The notes under the pieces were generated by a model, which worked only from the letters and a program-made list of their open reading frames with translations, was not told where the DNA came from and did not search any database. A stretch of DNA of 63,809 nucleotides, the filler included, from Octopus bimaculoides (lineage: Eukaryota), in assembly GCF_001194135.2 (NCBI RefSeq). It is 7 parts of 7 records of this genome, joined end to end, with 100 filler letters (N's around TTAATTAATTAA, not from the genome) between each part and the next. Parts side by side here need not be neighbours in the genome. Positions count along the whole stretch, not along the records: positions 1 to 14,040 come from NC_068992.1; positions 14,141 to 34,839 come from NC_068983.1; 5 more parts are not named here. One strand, written 5' to 3'. Made by a program: the position numbers and the translations under genes. Positions 12,253 through 26,779 of this stretch are shown here, one piece after another (the first letter of the stretch is position 1; the number at the start of each line of letters is the position of its first letter).

Positions 12253-13739
12253 CCAACTTGTCTGTCCATCCATCCACAAAATCAATTCTGCAAACTTGAC
12301 AAAACCAGTCTTTAGTGAGTGAATCACTGTCAGAAGCCAACGCAGATATGGCCGGGGAAGATGTTTAATATTACCGTATCCACTCTAGAGCTGATTAAAC
12401 GTGTTTAATACTATTGCTTCACAAGTTAGCCGTTACCAGTTGTTTTCACAGTATTATCACTGAGTTAGTATTGAAACCTTTTTTCTAGTTGCTTGACCTG
12501 ACGAAAGTAGCAATCCAAGCTATCGCGTACCACACACTACAACCCTAAAAAGTAACAACATATTCGATCATGAAGTCCTAGATACATTATGTTCAAAATG
12601 ATCTAAAGCTCTAGGCACGAACGGCTTCAGTTATGGGATTTCTTGATCATGGTCTACTTGAGGTTAAAAAAATATGAACATCAACAACAAATCTTTTGAT
12701 CTGGTACTGTTTTTAGTGTCTTTTGCGAAACTTTAACAGAGAAACTAAAGGCAAACTGGCAATTGAATTCTCGGCGTTTAAATGATCAAAAAAGAAACCT
12801 CAGTAGATTTTAAAGCTCATTTGGGTAAAGAATATCAAAATCGATCGCTAGAATCAGAGATTTACATGCCTGCTCTCCGCAAATCATATAAAACTATTCA
12901 AATTGTAAGGCTCTGCTGACGAATTTTCGTATTTTCGATTGAAAAATGTTTGCATCTTATAGTTCAATCATATCTACCTTTCTTAGACACATATATTTGC
13001 ACAGACTTCGTTAAAAGCTTTTGAGATTTCAATTCAGTGCTAGATATAGGGATAAGCTAAATAAGTTAGAACTTAAGCCCTCACAAGCCGCAGGGGCCTC
13101 AGAATAATTGTAAGGCCTAATGTTTTCTTCTGGTGTAGTTTTCTCGATAAGGAGTCTTCAAGTTTTATCTAGTTTAGGGCTTCACCATGCTATCTAAATC
13201 CTTCAGTAAGTTTAACTCTCGTTGATATGAGTTTAAATCCCACCAAAGCCAACTCTGATTTTTGTCTTTTCTGGAGTAGATTAAAAAATAGCAGTCACAT
13301 AGTGGTGAACTTCCAACTGAACATTCAATCATATCAATGTAAGCCATTGGTTATGAGACGGTTTCGCCGCAGAGCACTAGGGCGATGCAAAGGGTATTCA
13401 AGTACTCCTCCTCGGATATTTAAGAAATATAATCTAAGGCTTTTGAAAACCCATACAAACTACTTGACTTCCTTGAAAAACCTATTATTCACAATTTTGT
13501 TATACACAAGTATGATGAATAAAACATTATTGTTACTCTAAATTTTTAGTTTTAAAACACAATTAAAAAAAAAATCTCATGGAAGTGCGCTAGTAGTTTT
13601 CTTCATTTGATCCTCAATTCGTCACAAAGTCAAATTGAGAGCCAGTTTTAAACAGTGAAATCTGTTGCTAGTTGAGCATAGAAACATATCAATGCGAAAG
13701 CTATTTTTAATCGCTGCGTATTTTACACAGAATAATGAT

Positions 13740-13912
13740 AGACTTGGTTTACAGTTATTATTAAACCGGTCCTTATATTATCGACTCAAAAGGAAGGAAA
13801 AGCAAGGTCAATCCCGGTGGTATTTGAACTCAAAGCATTAAGTTGGAAGAAGTGCCGCTAAGCATTTTGTCTGACACCCAGTATATCTGAAGCAGACAAG
13901 CTTCGACGCCAT
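13740..13912 (-). mobile_element. SINE family B, partial
   Basis: ATTATATCGAC...AAAAGCAAGGTCAATCCCGGTGGTATTTGAACTC...GCCGCTAAGCATTTTGTC. Confidence 0.7.
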
Positions 13913-13957
13913 GGTTCCTATTTCTGGTTCCATAAAGAGCCAGAAACGGGTAACCAT

Positions 13958-14040
<83 letters not shown>

Positions 14041-14084
14041 NNNNNNNNNNNNNNNNNNNNNNNNNNNNNNNNNNNNNNNNNNNN

Positions 14085-14096
14085 TTAATTAATTAA
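14085..14096. other. Assembly gap spacer TTAATTAATTAA (also near 34884, 41260, 49054, 56918, 61530)
   Basis: The same 12-mer, which stops all six frames, always sits between N runs. Confidence 0.92.
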
Positions 14097-17000
14097 NNNN
14101 NNNNNNNNNNNNNNNNNNNNNNNNNNNNNNNNNNNNNNNNGTAGCCGAAATGTAAATTTACGGGAAATGAATTTTGAGCTTACAATATTGCATCAGAAGT
14201 GGGAATTAAAATTAAGATAATGTTCTTTGTTTTGATGTGTTTGATTGGAAACTATGCGAGATAGTTTAGTGTGCAACAAAGGTATTAGATTTCAGGAAGT
14301 TCCTGGTTGTAATTTTCCAACTATGATGTATAGCGAGGATGAATTTTCATCTTATAACAATAAAAATTGCCGTCACTAAAACAACCAGATTTTCCATCTC
14401 TTGTTATTCCTAAGCTGACTGTGTACTATTGCTTATTTGACTATCAAGTTATGGTACAGCCAATTCACTCTCACTACACCCTATCACTCATAGTTCTCTA
14501 TCACTATTTCTGTTTCGAAATTTGGAAAGACACGCTATATTTCCAGTGAATTCTAAATCTCCTTTCATCATCCGCCATATATATTCTGTGGGGAATGCAT
14601 ACAGGAATACTTTTACAAAATTTTCGCCATGAAGTTAGAATCAAATAATTTGTCATATTTATATGTGAATGAAACTAAAGTGGCGTGCTGTTTTCTTTAA
14701 GATCTAACATCATATACAATGTTCTTCTGTTTTTATTTCCTAATATTGTTGCGTACTTATCCAAGTCTCAGCTACTTAAAAATCTTACTACTCCCCCACT
14801 CTAAGATTTCGTTCAGGCACACCCTTTTTTCAGGGAAGGATTTTTACTCTGATAGCCATTTTCAAAATATATCCCCACAAAATTTTAATTTTAGACCACT
14901 ATAATGAGTACAATTCTAATTTTGGCAAGTAAATTATGTAAAATGGTAATGCCTGATCTCAGCCGAAGGTGGAAATTCCAATAAAGTAGCACTGCATGAA
15001 TTAAATGAAATCAATCATAAAAGAACACAGAAAATATGAGTCTACAAGTTTGCGATGAAAAGGATCTGATTACTTTCACTACACAGCGAGTTTCAGCTTC
15101 ACCAATGGTGTCCGACAAATAAAATTACAAATGTTTCAAGTGATGTTAATTATTTTTTCTAAGCATGACACTTTCTTCGCCTTCTTTTCAATTAATAATA
15201 TTTGCCCTTATAACAAATGCTTTTATAACATATTTTGGATGTGAATAGAATTATAATTAAAAATGAGGAAACTATTTAAACAATAGAAACTTATGTGGTT
15301 GGCAGCAGGAACTGACTGCAATTCAGTAAGAATCTGTTAGGGCGCATCTACTGTGTAAAATAATGAATATTTAATTTTGAATAATTTCATTAAATTACTG
15401 TTAAGGGCTGTAGGCTTAAACACGACTTCGGCGTTGGTTTCTAGAGTGAATTTGAAACACTTAAAATTTGTATATCATTGTAGCGAAAAAAGCAAAATTT
15501 ATGAATGAAAATTATATTGCACCTTTTCTATAAAGGAGGGATAAATATGCATAATATCTCACCGTAGGGAACATCTAGGTTGAGAAATTCCACGTGCTTT
15601 GAAAAGTGAAATTTCGGAATAAATTACTTTTCAGATTTTGCTCTGAATTCTAGAATCTCGTTCGACCACACTCAGACCTCCCTCATACTGTCTGCAGAGT
15701 CGAGAATATATGCAGTTTAATTTTAAAATTTGCAGCAAAGTTCGAATCTTAGAAGGATACTGTTTTAATTTTTGTTATTGAAAATTATTGAAATATTTTC
15801 TCGGGGTTGTAATCTTCTACATGGCGTTCCCGAATATACGTCAAAAACAATATAAAATATCAGAATGTTTTGTGAAGCGGGTGTGTGTTATTTCAAGTTA
15901 TGATACACATATTTTTGGCCAAATTGCAATCTCAGTTGGGGATAACGTTTGACACTGAAACAATTTCCGTAAAAATATGAATATGAATTTTCGTAAAAAT
16001 ATGAGAAGGTAACCATATTTGATATGACCGCCTTAATTTTCTTCACTCTTCAGCTGTTTCTGCTCACTAATCTAGTATATATAAATCGCAGTATGTGTGT
16101 GTATAATGACTAACGTATACATTTCCATAATTCGCAACCGATTTTCTCCACACTTTACACACACATTAGTTATCTTCCAGGAATGGCCATACACTATAAC
16201 ATTTTGGCCAGAACCCCCGCCCAAATTGGCGTATATAGACATAGGTTTTGTATGTAGGGTCTTCCATAATTTTTTAGGCCTTTTATAAAAGTGAAAGGAT
16301 TTTGTCTATTTATTTACTTCGACTGTCCACCTGGGCGGTGACCCAGTCACGAAACAGTATTTGGAAGCTGTCATTCTGTTTTCATGTAAATACATGTTCA
16401 TGTTATTTTAAAAGATTTATACGAAAACTCTTATTTAGCCGTTATTTTTAGCATAACACGTGTTATGTTTCCGGTAATTTTCTTTCATGGAAATAAATGT
16501 TTACGTTATTTAATTTTTTTTTCCAAATTTGATGTATGTATATAATTTTATGTATGAGATTCCATAAATTTTTAATCTGTTTCGCCTTATATTCGCATTA
16601 GAGAATATTCTTGCCTATGATTAAATTGAGTAGGAAACACTGTACGCGATGAATATCCATTAGCAAACAATCTTAATCTCCATATTTAAGCTGCATTAAA
16701 CTTTGGCAAGCTTACCTTTACCTATTCTGAGTTACTTGAAAGGTGATGTTCCATTTCCTCTATTCTATTTGTTAATACATTTGTTTACCTACCAATGCGT
16801 TGCTTCACTTTAAAGATGCTTATTTACCCATCCATTATGTTATTTGAACTGTTGTCCATCGTTTCAAATATGTTTTAGCATTGAGGTTCTACCCTTTTTA
16901 AAACATTCACAAAGAATTAATCCTTAAATAAGAGTTTTGCTACGACTAGCGAAAGCCATATGTGTATTTCAGAAAGCACCATACCGATTGCCCTTTATGC

Positions 17001-17107
17001 ACAGGCTATGTGGGAAGACAGAATAAAAGGGATTTTGTTAGCTTATAATAGAATCAATAATCACATGGTATCCTAAAAGCCATTTTCCGTTTCCAGATAT
17101 TACAAGC

Positions 17108-17775
17108 GTGCCACCAAAAAAGAGAGTGCACACATTGGCAGAAAGACTTCTGCAGTGGCAAGGCAGTAGCGCTGGCAGGGTAAGAAACTGAGGACCAGAG
17201 TTCCTCTAGACTATTGAAAAGAGCTGCGGCTGCCGCTGCTAGAGATGCAGCTACTCCTATCGAGTGTGTGTTGCTGACACAAGGGCCGCAGAAACCCCAC
17301 AAAAGTGTGCTATCGGTCGGGAACGCAACGCTCCATCCACATCTGCAACGAGGGCCGAAGAAGCACCAGAAGATAGTGCTATCCGTCGGGCACGCAACTC
17401 TGCATCCACATCTGCTGCGAGGTTGGCAGATGACGATAACCATCGGATGATGAAACTTCAATCTAATGTTCACAGGAAGGATCTTGCCCATGGCTACCGA
17501 AAGCCATTGAGTAGTCAATGGGCATCAAAGGTGCTCAACTATGATCCTGCCAAGGATTACGCCTCTCATCAAGAGACTGTTACAGGGAATATGTCTGCAA
17601 TATGTCCAATAAGCAAGGCCCTCAAGTGGGTTGGAGAATCCAGTAGCTATGCCGTTCAAACGAAAAAGTTCACTTGCCTGACCTACAAACCACTCCTCAG
17701 ACTTTTCCTCTCTTTACTCTTTGGTCAACACCCTAATTTGTAGCAATTTATACAGAAAATTCGAACTGGTAGCTC
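17108..17775 (+). mobile_element. Helitron RepHel N-terminal fragment, degenerate
   Basis: LNYDPAKDYASH..VTGNMSAICPISKALKW.GES...LFLSLLFGQHP...FIQKIR resembles the conserved Helitron segment (FNYDP..DY...IG.M...C..C.ALK..GE...CC..GK...LL.G.HP....F...IR.YN). It is preceded by 23-aa Ala/Arg/Glu-rich repeats. Confidence 0.7.
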
Positions 17776-17789
17776 AATGAAAAGCAGAC

Positions 17790-18440
17790 AGGATTCACTG
17801 GCCAAGGAAGGATTCCAATCCCTGAGTCAAAATATGGACGTGACCTGGGTGTCGACATGAGTAACGATGCATCTTTCAAGGTGCACATTACTAATTTGTC
17901 AATAAAATGCAAACGTTCGACTGGATTGATCCTTCAAAATCTCAAAACAAGAGAAAAGGAAACCATGATGGTCCTCTGGAAGACTTTCGTTCTAAGCCGT
18001 CTGGATTACAGCTCCCAACTCTGGTCACGAAACAGAGTAAAAATAACGACGGAACTCAAGGCGATCCAACGAAGCTACACAAGGAAGATCAATACAATGC
18101 GACGTATCAGTTCCTGAGAGAGACAAACTGAATTGAGACTCTACACTCGCGAGCGAAGGCGGGAAAGACATGCAATAATATACATCTGGAAAAGCCTAGA
18201 AAATTTTGTTCCACAGTTTGGCATTTATCTTACACAAACAAGAGGACGGGAGGCTGCTACGTGGTGCCAAAGATCCCCAAATTGTCATCAAGGTACAGGA
18301 CCACATACTGCAGCGGCCTGGGCTTCAAAGGCCCATAGTTCTTCAATATCCTACCTGAAAACCTGTGAGCCCTGCATGGCATGGTTTTAGGCATTTTTGA
18401 AAACAAATCTATGCAAGAAACACAGATGAGGGCAGCAACG
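17790..18440 (+). mobile_element. CR1/L2-type LINE 3' fragment (RT thumb/C-terminus)
   Basis: Peptide DLGVDMSNDASFKVHI...MMVLWKTFVLSRLDYSSQLWS...LKAIQRSYTRKI...LRLYTRERRRERHAIIYIWK. Confidence 0.88.
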
Positions 18441-18547
18441 TCAAGGGCCTTCATCCATCAAATGTCACATATCAGAGGAGGTTTAATGAAAGCAAAGCAA
18501 ACGATGATGCCACTGCATGGCCGCAGCGCTTGGACTGAATGTTAGAG

Positions 18548-18591
<44 letters not shown>

Positions 18592-18635
18592 AATAGATAG
18601 GTAGACAAAGAGAAATACAGACTGAGAAAGAGTGG

Positions 18636-18674
<39 letters not shown>

Positions 18675-20331
18675 GAGATATTTATCATTATCCTTGTCTT
18701 TCTATCTCATTCGCTGCTCATATATATATATGCGTGTGTGTGTGCGTTTTGGCATATGTTAACTTGCAAATACATAGGTCTCTTCTATACATGCATATAC
18801 AAATTCCCATATGAGCAAACATTTTTTCAGCAACATAAATATATAAAACCCCGTGTAATAGTATTTATTTTCCTTTTTAAATATTCACATTGATTATCGT
18901 AGAATATGATGTAAAATAGATAAGAAACTGGCCAAGAAGCTGAACGTTTGACAGTTTGTGTTCTTACATCCAAAGAATTTCAATCTGCTTCTGGTTAAGG
19001 TACACAAATCTTAAATTCTCTCATCCGTTAAATCGACATTACACAATATTTGAATTGAAATGTATGTTGTGAATTACTGCAAGCGGATATTTCTCTAGGC
19101 TAAACGGAACACTTTGTGTTTCAAATAACGTGCTCTTTCCCTCGTATGTATGTGTTTTGCATAACAAATGTATAAACATTTTACATTCTTGTCAAAGATT
19201 AAACAAAATAAATAACTTTCGGAATCCCTTAAGAATTATACTTAGATATTGATTTCGCAGCTGATGAGTAGAAAATGTAGAGATCTCTAAACGGCGATGA
19301 ATTCATTCAGGGCTACGTAGAGTTTCTCTAAGTTACGATGATGAGCTCAGCTTATTATTTGGGTTCATATTTGGGAGAATGTCGATATTTGCTTAATAAA
19401 TTCACTAATGAAACTGCATGACCTATAGTTAATTGCAGCTACATCCGTCCCGAATCACATCATGTTGCTATAAATAAGAGGAAAATGAAATTTTATATTG
19501 CAGTATGGAAACTACAATGCATAAAAAACTGCCTTTGATCATAGACCTGTTCAATCGACTGAGACCTATGTCTAGACTGCAAAGTTTTCGATTGATTTCG
19601 TTTGAAATATAGAAATAAATAGCTTTTCTACAGAGACACAATCCTTTACCTTTCTAGCACTGTCTTCTGTCCATTTTCTTTTCAATTACAACTCATAGTT
19701 CGCATTCTCAATCTTCATGTTTCGCACTTCCTCATTCACCTACTACGGCCATTGTTATATTCAATCTTAATAATTTCAAAATTTACTGAAATATAACAAT
19801 TCTTCGTCGTCGATGTATGAGGGCTTTTATTTTAAACATTAAAGTAATGAGTAATAATTTGAATATAATTTAGCCGCTATACACAATATAATATACTGTC
19901 ACAGGCACAATTATAGTAATCTCCCACTAAAAATCAAATGGATACTAATCGTCAAAATAAAATTAATTCAGAAATTGTAATCAAATTGCATAAGTAATTT
20001 TCAATCTTCAGGATAAATATATATTATGCCAATTAATAACAGTGTGAAACATTGTAACCATCAAGTCTCATAAAGCAGTTAAACATTTGTACTATTTTCA
20101 ATAATATAAATAATTTTATTTTATTTTGTATCAAATTTATTTATAAAATGATATAGAAAATAATGTTGGTATTTCAACATTACCTGCAATTACGCACTGT
20201 TAAAATATGCATTCCTAACATAACTACATATAACAGATCTTATAAAAATGTAGGCTTATATAAATAAACGCATCGTATATATATATGCATGATATATGTG
20301 TGTGTGAGTATATATATATATNNNNNNNNNN

Positions 20332-20363
<32 letters not shown>

Positions 20364-20499
20364 CACACATATACATATACATATCTGTGTATATGTGTAT
20401 TTGTATGTGTGTACACGCGCGCGTATGCTGAAATAATTCCAACTTAGAATCCGAGATTTTTACGAGGGATAAAGGTCGCGGAATTGATTATATATATTG

Positions 20500-20890
20500 T
20501 CTTTTACTCTTTTATATGTTTCAGTTATTTGACTGCGCCCATGCTGGAGCACCACCTGTGGTCGAACAAATTGACCCCAGGACTTATTCTTTGTAAGCCT
20601 AGTACTTATTCTGTCGGGCAATTTTGCAGAACCGCAATGTTTAGGGGACGTAAACACACCAGCATCGGTTTTCTAGCGATGTTAGGGAGACTAACATAGA
20701 AACATAAACATAAACACACACACACACACACACATACACATATACGACGGGCGCCTTTCAGTTTCCGTCTACCAAACCCTCTCACAAGGCTTTGGTCGGC
20801 TCGAGTCTACGGTAGAAGACAGTTGCTCAGGGCGCCACACAGTGGGACTGAACCCGGAAGCATGTGGTTGGTAAGCAAGCTACTTTCCCA
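20500..20890 (-). mobile_element. SINE family A, near full length
   Basis: Colinear with the 2840-3222 copy, including the internal (CA)n. Confidence 0.88.
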
Positions 20891-21352
20891 AACAAACTCT
20901 TCTGCGCCTACATATGTTTGTTAGTGTATGTATATGTGTGTGCTTATATATANNNNNNNNNNNNNNNNNNNNNNNNNNNNNNNNNNNNNNNNNNNNNNNN
21001 NNNNNNNNNNNNNNNNNNNNNNNNNNNNNNNNNNNNNNNNNNNNNNNNNNNNNNNNNNNNNNNNNNNNNNNNNNNNNNNNNNNNNNNNNNNNNNNNNNNN
21101 NNNNNNNNNNNNNNNNNNNNNNNNNNNNNNNNNNNNNNNNNNNNNNNNNNNNNNNNNNNNNNNNNNNNNNNNNNNNNNNNNNNNNNNNNNNNNNNNNNNN
21201 NNNNNNNNNNNNNNNNNNNNNNNNNNNNNNNNNNNNNNNNNNNNNNNNNNNNNNNNNNNNNNNNNNNNNNNNNNNNNNNNNNNNNNNNNNNNNNNNNNNN
21301 NNNNNNNNNNNNNNNNNNNNNNNNNNNTCTCATACAAAATCTTGCAAAACAA

Positions 21353-21390
<38 letters not shown>

Positions 21391-23504
21391 ACGTGTGTGT
21401 GTGTGTGTACGTGTGTGTGTGTGTGTGCGTGTGTGTGTGTTTAATATACAGAATTCTAGTTTAAAATCTTCATCTATGTCATACGTAACTTATGTATATC
21501 GTTGAAGGTATAGTTTTCTTCTCTGAGAAGATCCCTTTATAGATGCAATTCAGGACTAAGTGTGACAAATGCATCATTGTTGCTGCTAGTCATTGTCACG
21601 CAGTCGGTGCTCTCCACCGTGAAACTACCTTGACCACAGTGAAGTATAGAGAGACTGTAAATAAGCAGTCACCCGCACTATAAACGGGGCACCAGACCGA
21701 ATAAATATCAAAATAAACTATAGGAGTAGCTTTAGATTAAACTCTTTATTTATATGGTTATTTAACATACGTGTTTCGTTGGAAAAATTAGCGACTTCAC
21801 TGTTCGCCTTTGCAGGCGTAATTTGTTAACTGCTCAAAAGATGTTAGAACTAGAAAAAAATGTCTCAAGCATTTCGTGATAGAATGAAGGCATGTGTAAG
21901 CGTAGATGATAAAATCTCATTACTTGTATTGCATCCATCGTTGCTTGAATGTAAGAACCGAACATCTACATCTGTAGTATTTATGTTTATGTGTTTCAGA
22001 TACAATGAAGCCATTCCATTCTATGTAATAGAGTTGCAACCATCACACGTGTATGTTCGTATGAATGAATGTATGTATGTATGTCATTATTCAGTTTTAT
22101 TCCAAGATTTCTCGGCAGTAGAGAAAGAACTGGTTTCTAATCTAGATGCAAATCTCCAAGCTATTTGGTTTATGTACTTATGTATGTACACGTGCAGATT
22201 TGTATGTATTCTCATGCATATAGTTGTATGTCTATGGATGCTCGTATATACCAAAACGATAAACTTCTGGAAAGTTTTACACATTTTTGTTACTCCGGTG
22301 ATGGTGATAGCATGGACCTGTAGTCTTCGAATCAGGTTTCTCATTTCTGGTTTTGAGAAGCCTAATTTCTGAGGACTGGTATTTAGACAGTGTGTTATAT
22401 ATCCCATGCTTGTAATCTTTTTAGAGTTGCTGTAAATTTCTCAATAGTTCAGTTTTCTTTAGCTTTATGTTAATATCCGCTGGGTAGTTGATTTCCCCAA
22501 ATGTACACAGTTTCTCTTTTCTATCTCAAATTACTATGTCAATTCTCTATGTATGTATGTATGTATGTATATATGTATATGTGTATGTATGTATGTATGT
22601 ATGGGTAAATACATGTATTTACGTTTGTGTTTATATACACACACATACACACTCTCAAACGCAAACGTTTACACACATATGTAGATGTTATAGAGTCATA
22701 TATGTCTATGGAACTTATATAGCATTATATAGAAAGTATGCGTGTGTGTGTGTGTATTTCTGTGCGTGTTTGTGTTGTGTGTATGTGTGTGTATGTATGT
22801 GTGTACGTGCCTAAATGTACTCTGCTTATATCATTCAACAAATATTTCTATATATTTCAATTTAGGGACTTCTTTATTCAAATCTTCATTTTATGAGACA
22901 ATGAAATTTTTGCAGAAGACGCATTTTTCACGACTACCATTAATGCTAGAGTTCTATCAAAATGTATTGCTTTTATGTGAAGTTGTTGGTGGACGTATTT
23001 TAATCATTAACGTTCCGAAAATGTAATGAAATGAAGCTTACGCGTCGTCATGTAGTTGTGCATAAATGCGTTCTATAACATTAGTCTTCGTTTATGATAA
23101 AGGATATTAGTGCACGTTTCACACATTTTGAGATTTCTTGGAATTTAAATAGAAAATTTGTGCGTTGTTAAACTGATATGGTATCTACCTCTAAGACAGT
23201 CAGTGGTAACAATGTAGAAATTTTATATGTCGTAGAATACAATGTTGCACGCATATCTCATCTTTAGAAAATGGCAGCCTAAGAAATTATGGCATTCTCT
23301 TGAAGTAAATATGCTCACACGCTAAATGCTGATTTGAAGTCCTTCAGTAAGGCATAGTCTTGTCAGCAGGTATAACATTTTAGAAGCAGTAAAAGAGTTC
23401 TGCAGAAATTTATCTAATAAAATGTCTGCACAATTACAAAACATAGGTCATAGGAAGTAACTCGATCTGCTCAATACTCTGAATGGACATATGATAGCGA
23501 AGAA

Positions 23505-23710
23505 GGCGGCGAGCGGGCAAACTGAGTAACGGCTTTTTTTTTCCGTCTTTACAGTCTGAGTTCAAAATCTGCTGAGGTCAACTTTGCCTTTTATTCTTTC
23601 GGAGCCGATGAAAGAAATACAATTTGAGCAGTAAAGTCAATGAAATCCACTTACCCCACCACCCACACGATAATTGCTAGCTTCGCGCCGAAATGTTGAA
23701 CCAATATTAT
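23505..23710 (+). mobile_element. SINE family B
   Basis: AAGGCGGCGAGCGGGCA...CTGAGTTCAAAATCTGCTGAGGTCAACTTTGCCTTT. Confidence 0.72.
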
Positions 23711-26349
23711 GATTGGAGATAATTCAGTTAAGCAGATATTTGGTGATATATTGAACGACGTATAATCTTTTTTTTTTTTTATATGTGAAAGTATATTTAG
23801 TTAAGTAGTAACATTTGAGATTTCTTAAAGTAAAGATGCAATAACTTCCAAAGTTATCCTTTCATTAACCTGAACATTATATTTTCTACATTTTCTGAAT
23901 TAATATCGAATGTGTATGTAGCTAAAGTGACAACCAGAGACAGATCTCGATTTCCTTAAACCTCATCTGTAAACATACTTGTCTTGTTTAGTATAGTGAC
24001 CAGTGTCCGCTAGAGCAGAAATAGTATCAACAAGATATTTAACCATTATAAATTACAAAAAACAATATCTTCCTTATGTGTGTGTTTGTGTGTATTTCCG
24101 TGTGCGTGTGTGCTCATGTGTCTGTAAATGTATACGTATACACACAAACACACACACACACGCATATATATATATATATATATATATANNNNNNNNNNNN
24201 NNNNNNNNNNNNNNNNNNNNNNNNNNNNNNNNNNNTGTCTCTCTCTTTCTCTCTCTCTCACACATACACTTATATTTATTTATAATCGTGGAATATTTTG
24301 CTGCTATTGATAAATAAGAGTTACGAAATATCGTGCGAAACAAACTGCAAAGATGATTTGCCCACAGTGTTCAAATGTTTAGGCCGCACATTAATTTACA
24401 TAGATACATGTTATCGTGATCATGAACGTAACATTCTGACCACTAGGCTACTCATCCTCATATTTTAGACTAAAACGTGTCGTATGAAATATTATTTTCA
24501 CAGCAAGATATTCGATACATATATTAAATAATTTTCCCTAGATATACTTATGTGTGAGTGCACGCGCACGCGTGTATGCGTACATGTGTGTGCGAGTGTG
24601 TCTGTGTATGTATGTAAACGCAGCGTGTAAATATTAGAAATATGCTTTCCAGCTAGATATGCAGGTGAATCAAAATTATTCGCATACACTTGTATATACA
24701 TTACCGCACACGCATGCAGACACACACACACACTATACCCATTCTATGTGTGTATCTCTTTCTCTTGCACACATAAATAAGTATCCATCTAACAGTGTGT
24801 GTATGTTACTGTTTTGTGTATACGTAAGCATTTACGAAAAACTCGTATACTTCGTGCCTTCGAACGATGTCCATTTACACTATCAGTTCCTTGTAATATT
24901 TCTGTTCCCATCAGGAATGTCATGAACCAATGACTGCTATTTGTAATGTTTTATCAAAAGATGTAATTCTTCACAAATTGCGATATAGAATATAAAATAA
25001 ACATATAGCACATTGATTTAATCCAGACATGATATGACAAGACGTCAAATGCAGATATCAAAACGTCACTTAAGGAATCTGTATAAGAATTCTTGCAATA
25101 AAAATCCAATGTAAAATTATTGCCTGATATTTCTCATAGAATTATATTCAAATACAGTATAAGTGTAATCTTTATGCATTTTCTGTGAGTATAATCACGT
25201 AGCTGCATTCAATTCGCTAGAGCATTCTTGGGAAATCATTATACTTTCGTTAAACTTTATTTGCTTGTTACATGCTCACTTGTATTTCAGTACTTGACAT
25301 ATGAAACATACACTATAATAACCACAGAAATTTTATAAATAATAATCCTGATTATCATATTTTTTGTGAATTAATTGTAATCCATTGCATCTTATTGTTG
25401 TTACAACCAGGAGCCCGTACCTCATTTATTGTTAAAATTGTCCCTTATACAGCACTTTACTGGTCTATACACAGAAGAACGCATTCAATAATGTAGTTTT
25501 ACACATATGCTATTTAAAAAAGAAAACATAATGTATATATATAAAAAGAAAACCTGAGTCATGACAGGGAAAATTCGCGTTTACAACTATTGCGTAGGGG
25601 TTAAACAGTATATAATATATCTAGTATTAAATCGACTATTTTCTGCTATATTTATTACTTTTTAAACTTAGATTGGCCTTGGTGGGGAAGAGCTCTGATT
25701 ATAAGTATTCCGGTTGTCTTATCTTTCAGATATAGTTTATCTAGAACTGCGTTATTGAGTGTCATCGCGTTTGAAGAAAAAAAATATATGATTTCATTAA
25801 AATATGTTGGAACGTTCTAGTAAATCGAAGGACTTCATAAATCCTCCGGTGTAGTCAGTTAACTTTAATGGTGAAGCTTTGGGTTAAGACATATATTTTT
25901 GTGTTTGCTGCATTATTTGTATATTTTCTGTAGTGTAAAATTTGATTCTGAACTATTTCCCGAATATTTCTATTTAATTCTAAGAATATCTTTCAACGTT
26001 GTGCAATGGTATAGCTCTTATTTATGTTTAATATAGTAATAATCCGACCAACCCCACCCTTCCGAATGGCAGCCCTGCTAGCCGTTGAAAAGTATTTGTT
26101 TCCTTGGCAAGAGCAGAATTTTCAGTAAAGTACATTTTTGAAGAGAACAAATAGCAAAGCACTGAAGACTACATGTAGCAAGCCTGTTACTTATTCAATA
26201 TTCCAGGACTTCCAACAAAACCTGTATGAAATGAATTAATAAAAATACTTTCAACTACAGTCACAAAATCCGAAATTTTAGAGCAGAGATAAAGTCGAAT
26301 GCATCAAATACAGTGTTTGAGTAATGATTGCTACATTAATAATAATAAT

Positions 26350-26545
26350 GATGGTTTCAATTTTCGGCTCAACGCTAGCAATTTCGAGATAAGTCGATTA
26401 TATTGATCCCAGTCCTCAACTGGTACTTATTCTATGAACCTGGAGAGTATAAAAGGCAAAGCCGAATCGATAGCATTTGAATTAAGAACGTAACGACTGT
26501 CAAAATACCGTTAAACATTTTGTGCGGCTTGCTAACGATTTGTTT
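26350..26545 (-). mobile_element. SINE family B
   Basis: AAGTCGATTATATTGATCCCAGT..TCAACTGGTACTTATT...GCATTTGAATTAAGAACGTAA. Confidence 0.7.
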
Positions 26546-26573
26546 GTCATTCTAACTAGTCTGCAGCATCTAT

Positions 26574-26666
<93 letters not shown>

Positions 26667-26668
26667 TA
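26574..26668. repeat. (CAA)n(TAA)n microsatellite
   Basis: Directly visible. Confidence 0.95.
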
Positions 26669-26779
26669 ATAACAGCTAATAGTAATTCGGTGGCTACTCG
26701 AATTTCCTAGAATTGTTAGGTCTTCGACACATTCTGATTACATATCTTGCAAGCATCAACGCTTTTATCAATATTCGTG

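Noticed and set aside
13180-13420. Faint resemblance to a hAT transposase dimerisation domain on the minus strand
   Set aside because: It needs several frameshifts and matches only a few residues.
14085-14096. Recurrent TTAATTAATTAA as a biological repeat or CRISPR-like spacer system
   Set aside because: It always sits between N runs, so it is a scaffolding spacer.
14330-14385. Minus-strand MENLVVLVTAIFIVIR, resembling a P450 anchor
   Set aside because: It ends in a stop, has no donor site, and lies downstream of exon 2.
19261-19300. CTGATGAG...CTCTAAAC hammerhead-like string (and CTGATGA at 6640 and 8491)
   Set aside because: No consistent stem I/III or cleavage triplet.
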